From an uncultured Nitrospirales bacterium (GTDB lineage Bacteria; Hydrogenedentota; Hydrogenedentia; Hydrogenedentales; GCA-2746185), in NCBI GenBank assembly GCA_964467615.1, contig CAYXRK010000001.1, positions 14,008 to 78,007 on the forward strand: a stretch of DNA of 64,000 nt, written 5' to 3'. The translations under genes and the position numbers were made by a program. The notes beneath the pieces were generated by a model. The model saw only the letters and a program-made list of their open reading frames with translations, ran no database searches and was not told the origin of the DNA. Positions 1-8,908 of this stretch are shown piece by piece; position 1 is the first letter of the stretch; the number at the start of each line of letters is the position of its first letter.

Positions 1-5
1 AGGAT

Positions 6-48
6 GCAAGGATGCAACTTCTTATAGAAGATTGCATCCTTGCACGCT
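6..48. repeat. Near-perfect 13-17 bp inverted repeat (tgcaaggatgcaa ... ttgcatccttgca) around a 5-13 nt loop, immediately upstream of a TTGACG -35-like hexamer and the first small ORF. Operator-like palindrome or hairpin.
   Basis: Seen directly: revcomp of positions 6-18 equals 36-48. The inner cttc/gaag extends the stem with one bulge. The local sequence is AT-richer than the window average. Confidence 0.5.
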
Positions 49-96
49 TGACGAAAACACCCTTGAAATCGAGGTATTTGAGGAAGGACTTCGGGT

Positions 97-420
97 ATGA
101 ACATTGATGAACTTTTCGACGCGCTCATCGTCGCTGGCATCGACCTAGTGCCGGACGGAACCGAGCACTTGTTCGCCCGTCCGCAACCCGGCAAGGCGAT
201 ACCGCCTGAAATCGTCGAAGCATTGCGAACGTTGAAACCCTTGGTACTCACGCCCGCCTTGCAAAGCTACATCCGCGTGCTGGCCGCATGGCGTCCGGCG
301 AACGACCGAGACCTACCACCCGCGCCGATGTTCAAGGCACGGCCCGAACGTCCGCTGGCATGGGCGGCATGGTGGACGGCTGTTGAGACAGTCCGCCGTC
401 AACGCAAGGCGGCGCGATGA
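97..420 (+). CDS. hypothetical protein (107 aa)
   Basis: ORF with GGAAGGA Shine-Dalgarno 8 nt upstream. The stop overlaps the start of the next ORF (ATGA). No family recognised. Confidence 0.4.
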   Translation: MNIDELFDALIVAGIDLVPDGTEHLFARPQPGKAIPPEIVEALRTLKPLVLTPALQSYIRVLAAWRPANDRDLPPAPMFKARPERPLAWAAWWTAVETVRRQRKAAR

Positions 421-680
421 CAGCCATGAACAACACCATCCCGGCAACCGAGGAGAACCCTCTCGTCGAGCAAGTCATCCGGCGACTGGCCGAGGTACGC
501 GGCACGGGCGACTCACGAGCGGCGGAGATCGGCGCGGTATGGGATCGGTTTATCTTCCGGCTCATGGCATCGCGGAACCTGGACAGACCTACGGCGCATC
601 GCGTCATCGAGATCGAAATGCCCGGACTACATCAGGCGCACATTCGGGCAATCAACGGAATCGAACCGGGTTTACCATGA
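417..680 (+). CDS. hypothetical protein (87 aa), translationally coupled to the preceding ORF
   Basis: ATGA overlap with the 97..420 ORF. No recognisable domain. Confidence 0.35.
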   Translation: MTAMNNTIPATEENPLVEQVIRRLAEVRGTGDSRAAEIGAVWDRFIFRLMASRNLDRPTAHRVIEIEMPGLHQAHIRAINGIEPGLP

Positions 681-974
681 ACATGACGGCAACCCGAAAG
701 CGGCGACATTGGCCGGACGCGCCTGCATCGCGGCAAAGGCGACACGCCCATAGCGCCGTGTTCGAGCTACAACCGCGTGAGGCTTAGCAAACTCGAATCC
801 GGCCATACTAGACCGCTACCGGAATGCGGATCGTCGATTGTGGGGCATCCTACGCAGTCGCATTTGGAGCGGATCGACCGATAATGAGCGAATTCCCGCC
901 GATCATCGTCGATTCGAGGGAACAGCGCCCGTTGCCAATAGCGCGTCGCCTCTCCTATGGCCGTCGAGACAAGC

Positions 975-1391
975 TCAAATCACAAGCCACTGGAAGATGC
1001 ATCCGGGTTCAACTTCGATGGCGAAATCCTCGGCGAATTGCCTGCATCCGAAGATGCAGTTGCAATATGCCTCGATTCGGATGTCGTAGAGTCCTGGTTC
1101 CAGTTGGAAGACCTGCTGTCCGCCGTTTCGGATTTCGTCTCCTTCGCACGAGGATAGGTCGCCTAAGAGATTTTCGCCCCATTCCGCGCTACCTGTTGGA
1201 GCGATATAGACGACGGCGATCACTTTACCTGAAGTGTTATGAACGGCAATTCCGGTTACACCAGTTCCGCAAATGGGATCAAGTCCTCGCGGCGGGCATC
1301 CCACGCACGCCGTGGCAATCAAGAACAGCGGAACCCACGTCAACTTGGAGAACATAACTTCGCCAAAGGGTACGACACGTCGAGTGCTCAT
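975..1391 (-). CDS. small secreted Cys-rich protein (N-terminal signal peptide MSTRRVV...LFLIATAC)
   Basis: The minus-strand ORF has a clear n/h/c signal-peptide architecture and 9 Cys. The competing plus-strand ORF (824..1357) is Arg-rich with no features. The region has lower GC. Confidence 0.35.
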   Translation of the reverse strand: MSTRRVVPFGEVMFSKLTWVPLFLIATACVGCPPRGLDPICGTGVTGIAVHNTSGKVIAVVYIAPTGSAEWGENLLGDLSSCEGDEIRNGGQQVFQLEPGLYDIRIEAYCNCIFGCRQFAEDFAIEVEPGCIFQWLVI

Positions 1392-1629
1392 AACTACACC
1401 TCCCTTGAGGTAATTCAACCTACTCCTTCGGAACGCGAGTAGTCAACGCTGAATCGCCGTCGAACCGCGCCGCACGATCCGAATCCGGCCATAGTCTGAT
1501 ACTCCCGCGCCCGCGTTCGCGTCTCCTAGGTCAACGTTGCACGTCCGTTTCACGCCCGCGACGCTGAAACCGGCCTATCGCACAACAAATCAGGCCATGG
1601 AACGACCCAGCACCGGAACGGTGGCGGCG

Positions 1630-2079
1630 CTATTTTTTCGGCAACGTGAACCGCTGACCGTAGTAGTCATCGTTAAGCTTATGAATGAGATCCTTGCTCG
1701 CTTCAAGGTCCACCTCGAGAAGTTCGCGCATCGAAATGAATCCTCTCAGACGGCTATCCTCGTCCAGCACGACCAGATGTCGAAAGTTCTTGTTCAGCAT
1801 CAGTGCCGTGGCAACGCTATGCTTTTCGTCGATGGAGACATGGAACACGTCTGTCGTCATCACTCCGGTGATTTTCGTTTCACTCGGGTCGAGGCCCTTG
1901 TGCACAACCCGTCGAAGGAGGTCTCGCTCAGAGAAGACGCCGACAATCTCGTCTCCGTCGCAAACTGCCACCGCACCAACGCCCTTTTCATACAAGTAAT
2001 CAACCACTGCTTTGACCGTAAAGCTTGAATCGACCGAGAAGGCTTCGCGCTGGCCGATCAGATCGCGAATAGTTTTCAT
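1630..2079 (-). CDS. CBS domain pair-containing protein
   Basis: Tandem CBS-like motifs (GVGAVAVCDGDEIVGVFSERDLL ... NFRHLVVLDEDSRLRGFISMRELL). AGGGGAGA Shine-Dalgarno before the ATG at 2079. Confidence 0.65.
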   Translation of the reverse strand: MKTIRDLIGQREAFSVDSSFTVKAVVDYLYEKGVGAVAVCDGDEIVGVFSERDLLRRVVHKGLDPSETKITGVMTTDVFHVSIDEKHSVATALMLNKNFRHLVVLDEDSRLRGFISMRELLEVDLEASKDLIHKLNDDYYGQRFTLPKK

Positions 2080-2685
2080 AGGTCTCCCCTTTGGCCTGGT
2101 TGATCGAAGCACAAATCAGTGTAGCACGCGGGTCGTCATCCAGCGGTGAGCTGGAGCGGCTAATTCCGTAGCACAATCCGCAACGCCCTCAACACGCCCC
2201 GGACACTCGTCCAATCCCGGCCATGTCTAACCCTTACCGCGTTCGCGCTCGCGCCGTATAGGGCATCGTAGCGCGTACAGTTCCCCGCTACGCGCGAAAC
2301 GGCCCGATCCCGCCTAAAGTATGCGCAGCGAGGTAGATCGGGTACCTGGCGCGGCGAAGGGGTGGGGTCGCGGATTCGGTTTTTCAGGCGGGCGGAGAGG
2401 CCCCAAACTTTCGTGCCAATTCTTGCGCCACTTTCGCGCCACTCGCCGGGAAAAAGAGGGGATAAATGGTGTTGCGAGAGGATAGGCAAACCGGCGTAAG
2501 TGATTGACAGCAATAGGTGGAGATAAACTACAAAACTAATACAGTCGGATTTCAAGACCGGTGCGTTACCAATTACGCTAACCCTCCGCGAATAATTGTA
2601 CCCGTGTTTCGTCGATATTCCCAAGCGGGGGACGCGCCTCGGGCCGCGGCATAGTATGATTGTCCGTTGATACCGGGGGGATTCC

Positions 2686-5600
2686 ATGGCGGGTGCGTCG
2701 CGAAAACGTCGTCGGCTAATTGCTGCGCTAGCGGTGTTCGCGGCACTGGTGCCGCTCTGGCTAGTCGCCGAGCGGTATGTGCTTCGGGTAGATCGGTACC
2801 GGCCCGCGCTCGAAGACGCAATCGCCGGCGCAACCGGGCTGTCCGCCAGCATCGAGAGGATAGAGGCCCACCTCCTCCCCTGGCCGTACGTCGCGCTGGA
2901 AAACGTGACCGTCGGTTCGGGCGATTTTTGGGCGTTCGCGGAACGCATCGATGTTCGCGGAGAGTTGCGGGCCCTCGCGCGGGGGCGGCTCGAAATCGAT
3001 CTGGTGGAGGTGAAGCGGCTTTCGGTCGTGGTGCCGCCCGATCCGGACGACATTCGCGAGCGCGTAAACGTCCTCATCGACCACCTTACGGCCCCGTCAC
3101 AGGAGGAGCCGTGGTTTTCCGAGGTGTCGGTGATCAAGGTCGAGACCGAAGATGCGGGCGTTTATCTTAAGGGAGACGCCGAGCCCGCCGCAGTCATCAC
3201 GGTAACGGGCCGCGATGTTCTTTCGGACGCAGTGCAGACTCTGATCGAGGCGCGGCTGCCCGAATATGGCGCGGACGCACGAGCGTGGACGACGCTTAAC
3301 TTTACCCTCGCGGAGCAAAACGTTTTGGCGGTCTCGGGCGAGGGCTCATTCGAAGGATTGGAGCTCGCCTCGCTGCCGCTGGACGGTCTACCGCAAATTG
3401 TCATGCACGCAGGCTTCACGCTGTCGGGCGAAAACTTCGGGAGCATTGAAGCCGCGCTCACGGGGAACACTGCCTCCGTCGACACCGGACAGATGACCGG
3501 CGAATACGCCGGCGCGCTCTGGTGGAAGGACGAAGCGCTGACGTTGAACGATTTCACGTGGATCGGACCGGACGTCAATACCGCGCTCGACTTGACGCGC
3601 CATAAGGACGGACGCATTGTCGTTTCGGTGAAGCGATTCAGCGCGCGCGCCGGCGGACTAAGCGACATTCTCGCGGGCTTGAAGTTGAAGGACGCCGAAG
3701 TGACCGCGGGCCCGGACGCGTCGTTCGCCGCAACGGACCTGTTGTTCGCCCTGGAATCCGACGACACGATTCAATTCTCCCAGGGCAACGCCGAATTCTC
3801 GGGACTCGCCCTCGCACACGCCGACGAAGGCGAACTCGCGCACGGCGTGAAGGGCCACGTCACGATTACCGATGGGACGATAGCGGTCGAAGAACTCGTC
3901 GCCGAGGGCCTCGCGCTTCACGGCAACGTCACGCCGAACCCCGGCTGGACCACGTTCGCGCTCGATCTGTCCGGCAACGCCGATCTCGCCGCCGCACGCG
4001 TCGTCAGTCTCGTGTTTCCCGATTCGGTGCATGACGCCCAAGGCGTACTAGCGATAGACCGCATCGCGGGGACTTTTGATCGAAACGGCGCGCTTCCCGA
4101 CGATCTTGTCCTCACCGCGACGGTGAACGACGGTGCCTTTCGCGTCGAGTCCGAAGACTTCACTGCGGCTTTCGAAAGCGTGAACGTTCAAGTGCGGACG
4201 GACGGAAAGACCATCGCGACGGCGGCCTCCGCGGCTTCGCCCGAACTGGGCGCGATGCATCTCGACGGCCAGTATTCGGTCGCCGATCGCCTTTGGTCGG
4301 GCGCGACGACAATTGACGTACCGAAGGCCGCGACACACTTCATTGACGACGACGAGGTGTCCGCTCGGTTAGCGGGCCTGCTCGATCAGTATGGGACCGC
4401 CGAGTGGAAGACGGACGTCCAGTTTGCGGCCGAGGACGGGGACCCAATCGAGGTCCGCGTCTCTGGGGAAAATGCTCCTATGCTCAATGGCAAGGTACTC
4501 GTGGCAACCAACGAAGAACACACGCGGTTCGGCGATGTTCACGTCGAGACTGAACTCGCGTCGGACCGGTTGCCTCGCCTGCTTCCCGAGGGCATCCGCG
4601 CCGAGGGGCCCGTGACCGTCCGGTTCGACCGAGACGCCACCGCAGGCGAATTCACGGCGACCGCGAATCTTACCGGATGCACGCTAACGACCGAAGGCGA
4701 CGTTCAGAAGCGGTTCGGTGACGAACTTCTGATCGACCTGTCCGGCCAGGCCACGGAAGGAACGTGGCGCGCCGAGAAGGGCGCCCTGACGTGCCTCGGA
4801 CAACAGTTGGACTTTATTATCGAGGACAAACGGGTCGTCGCGCCGCATTTCGACATCGCCGCCGTGGCATGGGCACGGTTGCTGCCCGAGGGCGCGTCGG
4901 CGCATGGGAGGATTTTCGGGAAGGCGGCGTTCAATCCATTCGAGGCAGACCTGACGTTCCATGATCAGGGATTTCGACTCGATGACGAGATCGTGATCGA
5001 GCGCATCAACGGTAACGTCTCGATCTCCGGTCCGTATTTAACATGCCGCGATCTGAAAATCGAAGGCGCACGTTCGGATTGCACGGTCAATGCAGGCCGC
5101 TCGGACGGCGTCTGGCGTGGCGAAGTCCGCGGCCGGACATTGGATGTGAACGCATTCGCGCCGCTCGCGGGAGCGCTTATTGGACTCGCACAATCCGGCG
5201 GGAGTCCGAAGGACGCCACGGAAAAGAGTGAGGCCGATCCCTTCGTCGGCGACTTCAACATTGCCCTGGATCAAGTGTTCTTCCGTAAGGGACGGCTGGA
5301 CAAATTCACGGCGATGGTAAACGCGCGGGAGCAAGGCGTGTTCGTGAAGGACATCCGCTGCACGCCGTACAGCGGGTCGCTGACCGGCACAATAGATTGG
5401 GTGCCTTCGAACGCGGACGAACACGAAGTGCGCGTCAGTCTCGCCTTTGACGGGGCAGACTCGCGCATCGTCGACGAGATCCTTATGAACGACGAACGAG
5501 GGTTGGACGGAATTTTCTCGGGAACGCTCGACTTCAGTTCGCCCGCTATCGAGGGCAAGGAGTCCGTCAAACGCGCAAACGGCCGCGCAGAGATTCGGGC

Positions 5601-6006
5601 GGCAAACGGTAGTCTGGGAAAAATGGGCTGGGCCACGAAACTCATTTCGGTGTTGAAGACAACGGAAATCCTCGCGTTCCGGAGGCCGGAGTTCCGCGAT
5701 AAAGGGTTGACCTACGACGACTTATCCGGTAGGCTGGAGATGGTGAATGGCGTGCTGACGCTGCGGGACGTGAAGCTCGAAAGCCCCTCCTACTCGATGA
5801 CCGCCAGGGGAACGGTGGATTTCCCGCAAGACCGGTCGGACGTCGTGGTTCGGGTGCAGCCGCTCGAGAATATCAACCGGACCGTCGGTCGAATACCGAT
5901 TATCGGAGATGCGATTCGTCAAGTGACCAAAGTCGCCCGGGTGCGCGTGAATATCACAGGGTCGCCGTACGACACATCGCAGAGCGCGCAGGAAGACAAG
6001 GAATAG
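2686..6006 (+). CDS. AsmA-family / YhdP-like giant envelope protein (1105 aa) with N-terminal membrane anchor
   Basis: N-terminal TM helix followed by an AsmA-like N-domain. The C-terminus (PLENINRTVGRIPIIGDAIRQVTKVARVRVNITGSPYD) resembles the AsmA_2/YhdP C-terminal motif. The stop TAG is immediately followed by the ATG of the next gene. Confidence 0.55.
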   Translation: MAGASRKRRRLIAALAVFAALVPLWLVAERYVLRVDRYRPALEDAIAGATGLSASIERIEAHLLPWPYVALENVTVGSGDFWAFAERIDVRGELRALARGRLEIDLVEVKRLSVVVPPDPDDIRERVNVLIDHLTAPSQEEPWFSEVSVIKVETEDAGVYLKGDAEPAAVITVTGRDVLSDAVQTLIEARLPEYGADARAWTTLNFTLAEQNVLAVSGEGSFEGLELASLPLDGLPQIVMHAGFTLSGENFGSIEAALTGNTASVDTGQMTGEYAGALWWKDEALTLNDFTWIGPDVNTALDLTRHKDGRIVVSVKRFSARAGGLSDILAGLKLKDAEVTAGPDASFAATDLLFALESDDTIQFSQGNAEFSGLALAHADEGELAHGVKGHVTITDGTIAVEELVAEGLALHGNVTPNPGWTTFALDLSGNADLAAARVVSLVFPDSVHDAQGVLAIDRIAGTFDRNGALPDDLVLTATVNDGAFRVESEDFTAAFESVNVQVRTDGKTIATAASAASPELGAMHLDGQYSVADRLWSGATTIDVPKAATHFIDDDEVSARLAGLLDQYGTAEWKTDVQFAAEDGDPIEVRVSGENAPMLNGKVLVATNEEHTRFGDVHVETELASDRLPRLLPEGIRAEGPVTVRFDRDATAGEFTATANLTGCTLTTEGDVQKRFGDELLIDLSGQATEGTWRAEKGALTCLGQQLDFIIEDKRVVAPHFDIAAVAWARLLPEGASAHGRIFGKAAFNPFEADLTFHDQGFRLDDEIVIERINGNVSISGPYLTCRDLKIEGARSDCTVNAGRSDGVWRGEVRGRTLDVNAFAPLAGALIGLAQSGGSPKDATEKSEADPFVGDFNIALDQVFFRKGRLDKFTAMVNAREQGVFVKDIRCTPYSGSLTGTIDWVPSNADEHEVRVSLAFDGADSRIVDEILMNDERGLDGIFSGTLDFSSPAIEGKESVKRANGRAEIRAANGSLGKMGWATKLISVLKTTEILAFRRPEFRDKGLTYDDLSGRLEMVNGVLTLRDVKLESPSYSMTARGTVDFPQDRSDVVVRVQPLENINRTVGRIPIIGDAIRQVTKVARVRVNITGSPYDTSQSAQEDKE

Positions 6007-6945
6007 ATGAGCACAGCGACACTAACGGGCCCTCCCCGGATTCAAATCCAGACGCAGTCGGGCTGCAACGGTCGTTGCGTTTTTTGTCCGAACGAGGCCG
6101 TGCTCAACTCCGACCTGTCCCAGGGGCGCATGCCGCCGGCGCGGTTTCAGCAGATCATCGATGAACTGGCGAAGACGCCCCCTCGGCGCGTGAGTCTGTA
6201 TTTGCAAAACGAACCCATGCTGGACAAGCGGCTGCCAGACTTCTGCCGGTACGTCACCGAGCGCATTCCGTCGGCCTCCACCCTGGTGACGACCAACGGC
6301 ACCTATCTGAGCGAGGCCAGCGCCGCCGCGTTGATCGGCGGGGGGCTCAAACGCATCAAGGTCAGCATTCAATCCCTGGTTCCTGAACGCAACATGGACA
6401 TCATGGGGAAAGTCTGTGATTCGGACAAGGTCGTGAAGAACGTCTTGGGCGTGCGCAAGGTCATGAAGGAAATGCGGGCGAAGGCGTTTGATCTGCGCGT
6501 GTCAACCATCGTCACCGCCATGAACGAAGACGAAATCGGCGATATGCACAGGTTCTGGAAATCGCATGGCGTGAAGATGGTCACGTCCGCGCTCGAGAAC
6601 CGCGGCGGCAACATCGCCAACGCGCTCGAGATGAACGGCGCTGAGATGCGCACGCGAAGCGACTGCATCCGCCCGCACCGCGAGATGTGCGTGCTGTTCA
6701 ACGGCGACGCCGTACTTTGCTGCGTTGACTGGCACCGTGTCGAGGTCGTCGGCAACGTCTTCCAAGACGGCGTAGCGAACGTGTGGAACGGCGCGCGCCT
6801 TCAGCACATCCGCAAGGCGTTCAAAGAGGGCAATACTCAGGCGCTTCCGGAAATCTGCGTCAATTGCACCGAGAGCGCGTGTTCGGCGAAGCAGCGCAAG
6901 GGCTGGCCTTCATTCTTCAGGAACGTTTTCGCGCATGCGGGGTAA
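6007..6945 (+). CDS. radical SAM enzyme with C-terminal SPASM/twitch-like Cys cluster
   Basis: CNGRCVFC (CX3CX2C) at residues 20-27. C-terminal C..C..CC ... CVNCTESAC cysteine cluster. Start codon abuts the AsmA-like stop. Confidence 0.75.
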   Translation: MSTATLTGPPRIQIQTQSGCNGRCVFCPNEAVLNSDLSQGRMPPARFQQIIDELAKTPPRRVSLYLQNEPMLDKRLPDFCRYVTERIPSASTLVTTNGTYLSEASAAALIGGGLKRIKVSIQSLVPERNMDIMGKVCDSDKVVKNVLGVRKVMKEMRAKAFDLRVSTIVTAMNEDEIGDMHRFWKSHGVKMVTSALENRGGNIANALEMNGAEMRTRSDCIRPHREMCVLFNGDAVLCCVDWHRVEVVGNVFQDGVANVWNGARLQHIRKAFKEGNTQALPEICVNCTESACSAKQRKGWPSFFRNVFAHAG

Positions 6946-6999
6946 TCTACTTGGGTACGTTGCGGTAAGTCGTCAATCCGACAAGGAGTATCATCAACT

Positions 7000-7164
7000 A
7001 TGATATCGATTAGTCAATTGCAACGCTTGGCCAACCTTTTCCTGCAACAGGTTGTTGGCCTCGGAGACGACCTCCTGGGCCTGCTCCAGTTTCGTTTCTA
7101 CGAGCTTCTCGGCGAACTGTTTGCCATCATCGCGCCACTCATTGGCTACACGCCCCCGCAATAG
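7000..7164 (+). CDS. small ORF A (54 aa) with AAGGAG Shine-Dalgarno: MISISQLQRLANLFLQQVVGLGDDLLGLLQFRFYELLGELFAIIAPLIGYTPPQ
   Basis: Not in the ORF track (<60 aa). AAGGAG sits 11 nt upstream of the ATG. High GC3. Lies directly downstream of the rSAM/SPASM gene. Paralogous in composition to ORF B. Confidence 0.4.
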   Translation: MISISQLQRLANLFLQQVVGLGDDLLGLLQFRFYELLGELFAIIAPLIGYTPPQ

Positions 7165-7191
7165 ACGTAGGCCGGAAAAGGAGTAGCCACA

Positions 7192-7317
7192 ATGGTTCGC
7201 GACCAAATTTTTGCCGCCATCCAAAGTTTCATCGACGACATTACCGTCTTCATCGCCGATTTTCTGGACACGGTGCTAAACGATCTCCTGCCCAATTTCC
7301 TGCCCTTCGACTTCTAG
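7192..7317 (+). CDS. small ORF B (41 aa) with AAAGGAG Shine-Dalgarno: MVRDQIFAAIQSFIDDITVFIADFLDTVLNDLLPNFLPFDF
   Basis: GGAG 8 nt upstream of the ATG. GC3 about 70%. Acidic/hydrophobic with no Cys. Tandem to ORF A. Confidence 0.4.
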   Translation: MVRDQIFAAIQSFIDDITVFIADFLDTVLNDLLPNFLPFDF

Positions 7318-7443
7318 AAGCTATTCCAAAACCAAGTCCCAATCGGTTCGAGGGTACAGAGTCTTCGAAATCGCCCAGGAATTGGGCCGGAGATATTCTT
7401 CGGTTCGCCGCCGCTCGTCTGATAGTGGTAGGTTACTCGCACG

Positions 7444-8898
7444 ATGAATCGTCGCGCGTTTCTTCAATCCGCCGCCGCGAGCGCCTTCGCCGCCTCGGCC
7501 CTTGGCGCAAAAGGCGCCTGCCGCGCCCCAGCCGGATCGCCTGCGCCGAATTCGGGACCCACCCTTCCGATCATCGACGCGCACTGCCACATCTTCAACG
7601 CCTCCGACCTCGCCATCGAAGGCTTCATCAAACACGCCGTCCTGCATGCCTCGGGCGATCACCCCCTCGACGCCGCCATCGCCGCGCTCGACTTCCAACT
7701 CCAACGCGCGGCACCCTCCTTCGAGGAAGAGAATGCTTTGCTCGACGCGGTGCTTTGCGGAGATCCCATCCCCGAAGAATTTAATCGCACGGGACCATCA
7801 ATCGAAGATATCGACAACTTCCTCGAGCACCTCGCCAAGTCCCGCCCCGATCTGATTCGCGGCGTTGACAAACAGGACGTCCCGCACTTCGGCGAGGGCG
7901 TCCTGTTCAACGCCTTGCGCTGGGCCTGGATTCTCACGCGTCATCGTCTCCACATCATGCAACTCATGTTCAACACCTTCCCCGAAGTCGGGCTTTTCGT
8001 CCCTGCAATCGTCGATATGGACCTCTGGCTTTCGGATCACGCCGAGACATCAATTCCCAATCAAATTCGGCTATACGAAAAACTGATCCGGATTAGCCAA
8101 GGCCGCATCATGCCGCTCGCACCCTTCGATCCCTGGCGGCAAGTCAAAGCCGAACGCGCCGGTACCGATACGCCCCTCGAGTGGATCCAAGACGCCGTAC
8201 TCCACCGCGGTTTTGCCGGCGTAAAACTTTATCCGACGATGGGCTTTCGGGCGGAGGGCAACGCCGAATTGCGGCCCCGGTGGTTCTACCGCCCGCTCGA
8301 TTCCGCGCTCGAAGAACTCTACGAATGGTGCCAACAAGAACGCGTACCCATTTTGGCGCACGCAAACGCTTCGTGGGGATCCGAACGAGGGTTCGAGGAA
8401 CGCGCCGGCCCGGAATACTGGCGGCGCGCACTCGAACGGTTTCCGGAACTCCGAATCAGTTTTGGGCACTTCGGCGGCGACAATGACCTACTGTCACGCG
8501 GGATGGACAGCCGATGTTGGGACTTCGCGAATCTCATGCAAGAGTATCCAAACGCGTTCGCGGACATAGGTTTCCACGACATCGGGTTTCCCTCGACGCG
8601 CGAGTGCGACGTCGAGAAGTACTTCGCCTTGATGCGTGAACTCGCGGCACAATTTCCGGCTGCGATTGACCGCATCATGTACGGCAGCGATTGGCACATG
8701 ATCGTGCAAACATCAGGAAACGACCAATACTTCACGACCACCTTCGAGCGCTTCGCCTCCCACTGGCCCGAAGCCCAGTCCGGCGTCTTTAACGCGAACG
8801 CGCGCCGATGGCTCGATCTCGACGACACGCAATCCACAGCCCGTCAACGACTCGACGCCTTCTACTCCACGCGAGGAATCACACCAAGCTGTACGTAA
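7444..8898 (+). CDS. amidohydrolase-2 (TIM-barrel metal-dependent hydrolase) family protein with Tat signal peptide
   Basis: N-terminal MNRRAFLQSAAASAFAASA (twin-arginine motif). IIDAHCHIF metal-binding motif typical of the amidohydrolase_2 family. Confidence 0.55.
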   Translation: MNRRAFLQSAAASAFAASALGAKGACRAPAGSPAPNSGPTLPIIDAHCHIFNASDLAIEGFIKHAVLHASGDHPLDAAIAALDFQLQRAAPSFEEENALLDAVLCGDPIPEEFNRTGPSIEDIDNFLEHLAKSRPDLIRGVDKQDVPHFGEGVLFNALRWAWILTRHRLHIMQLMFNTFPEVGLFVPAIVDMDLWLSDHAETSIPNQIRLYEKLIRISQGRIMPLAPFDPWRQVKAERAGTDTPLEWIQDAVLHRGFAGVKLYPTMGFRAEGNAELRPRWFYRPLDSALEELYEWCQQERVPILAHANASWGSERGFEERAGPEYWRRALERFPELRISFGHFGGDNDLLSRGMDSRCWDFANLMQEYPNAFADIGFHDIGFPSTRECDVEKYFALMRELAAQFPAAIDRIMYGSDWHMIVQTSGNDQYFTTTFERFASHWPEAQSGVFNANARRWLDLDDTQSTARQRLDAFYSTRGITPSCT

Positions 8899-8908
8899 AA
8901 AGCGCTCG

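Noticed and set aside
824-1357. 177-aa plus-strand ORF overlapping the Cys-rich secreted protein gene
   Set aside because: Arg-rich translation with no signal or domain. The minus-strand ORF has a signal peptide.
2160-3137. 325-aa minus-strand ORF (and the overlapping 2667..3170 / 2761..3084 ORFs) across the AsmA-like gene start
   Set aside because: Ser/Arg/Pro-rich low-complexity translation typical of antisense or out-of-frame reading in high-GC DNA. No start signals.
6994-7224. 76-aa minus-strand ORF opposite the two small plus-strand peptides
   Set aside because: Begins with TTG and has no Shine-Dalgarno site. The plus-strand ORFs have canonical AGGAG sites and better codon bias.
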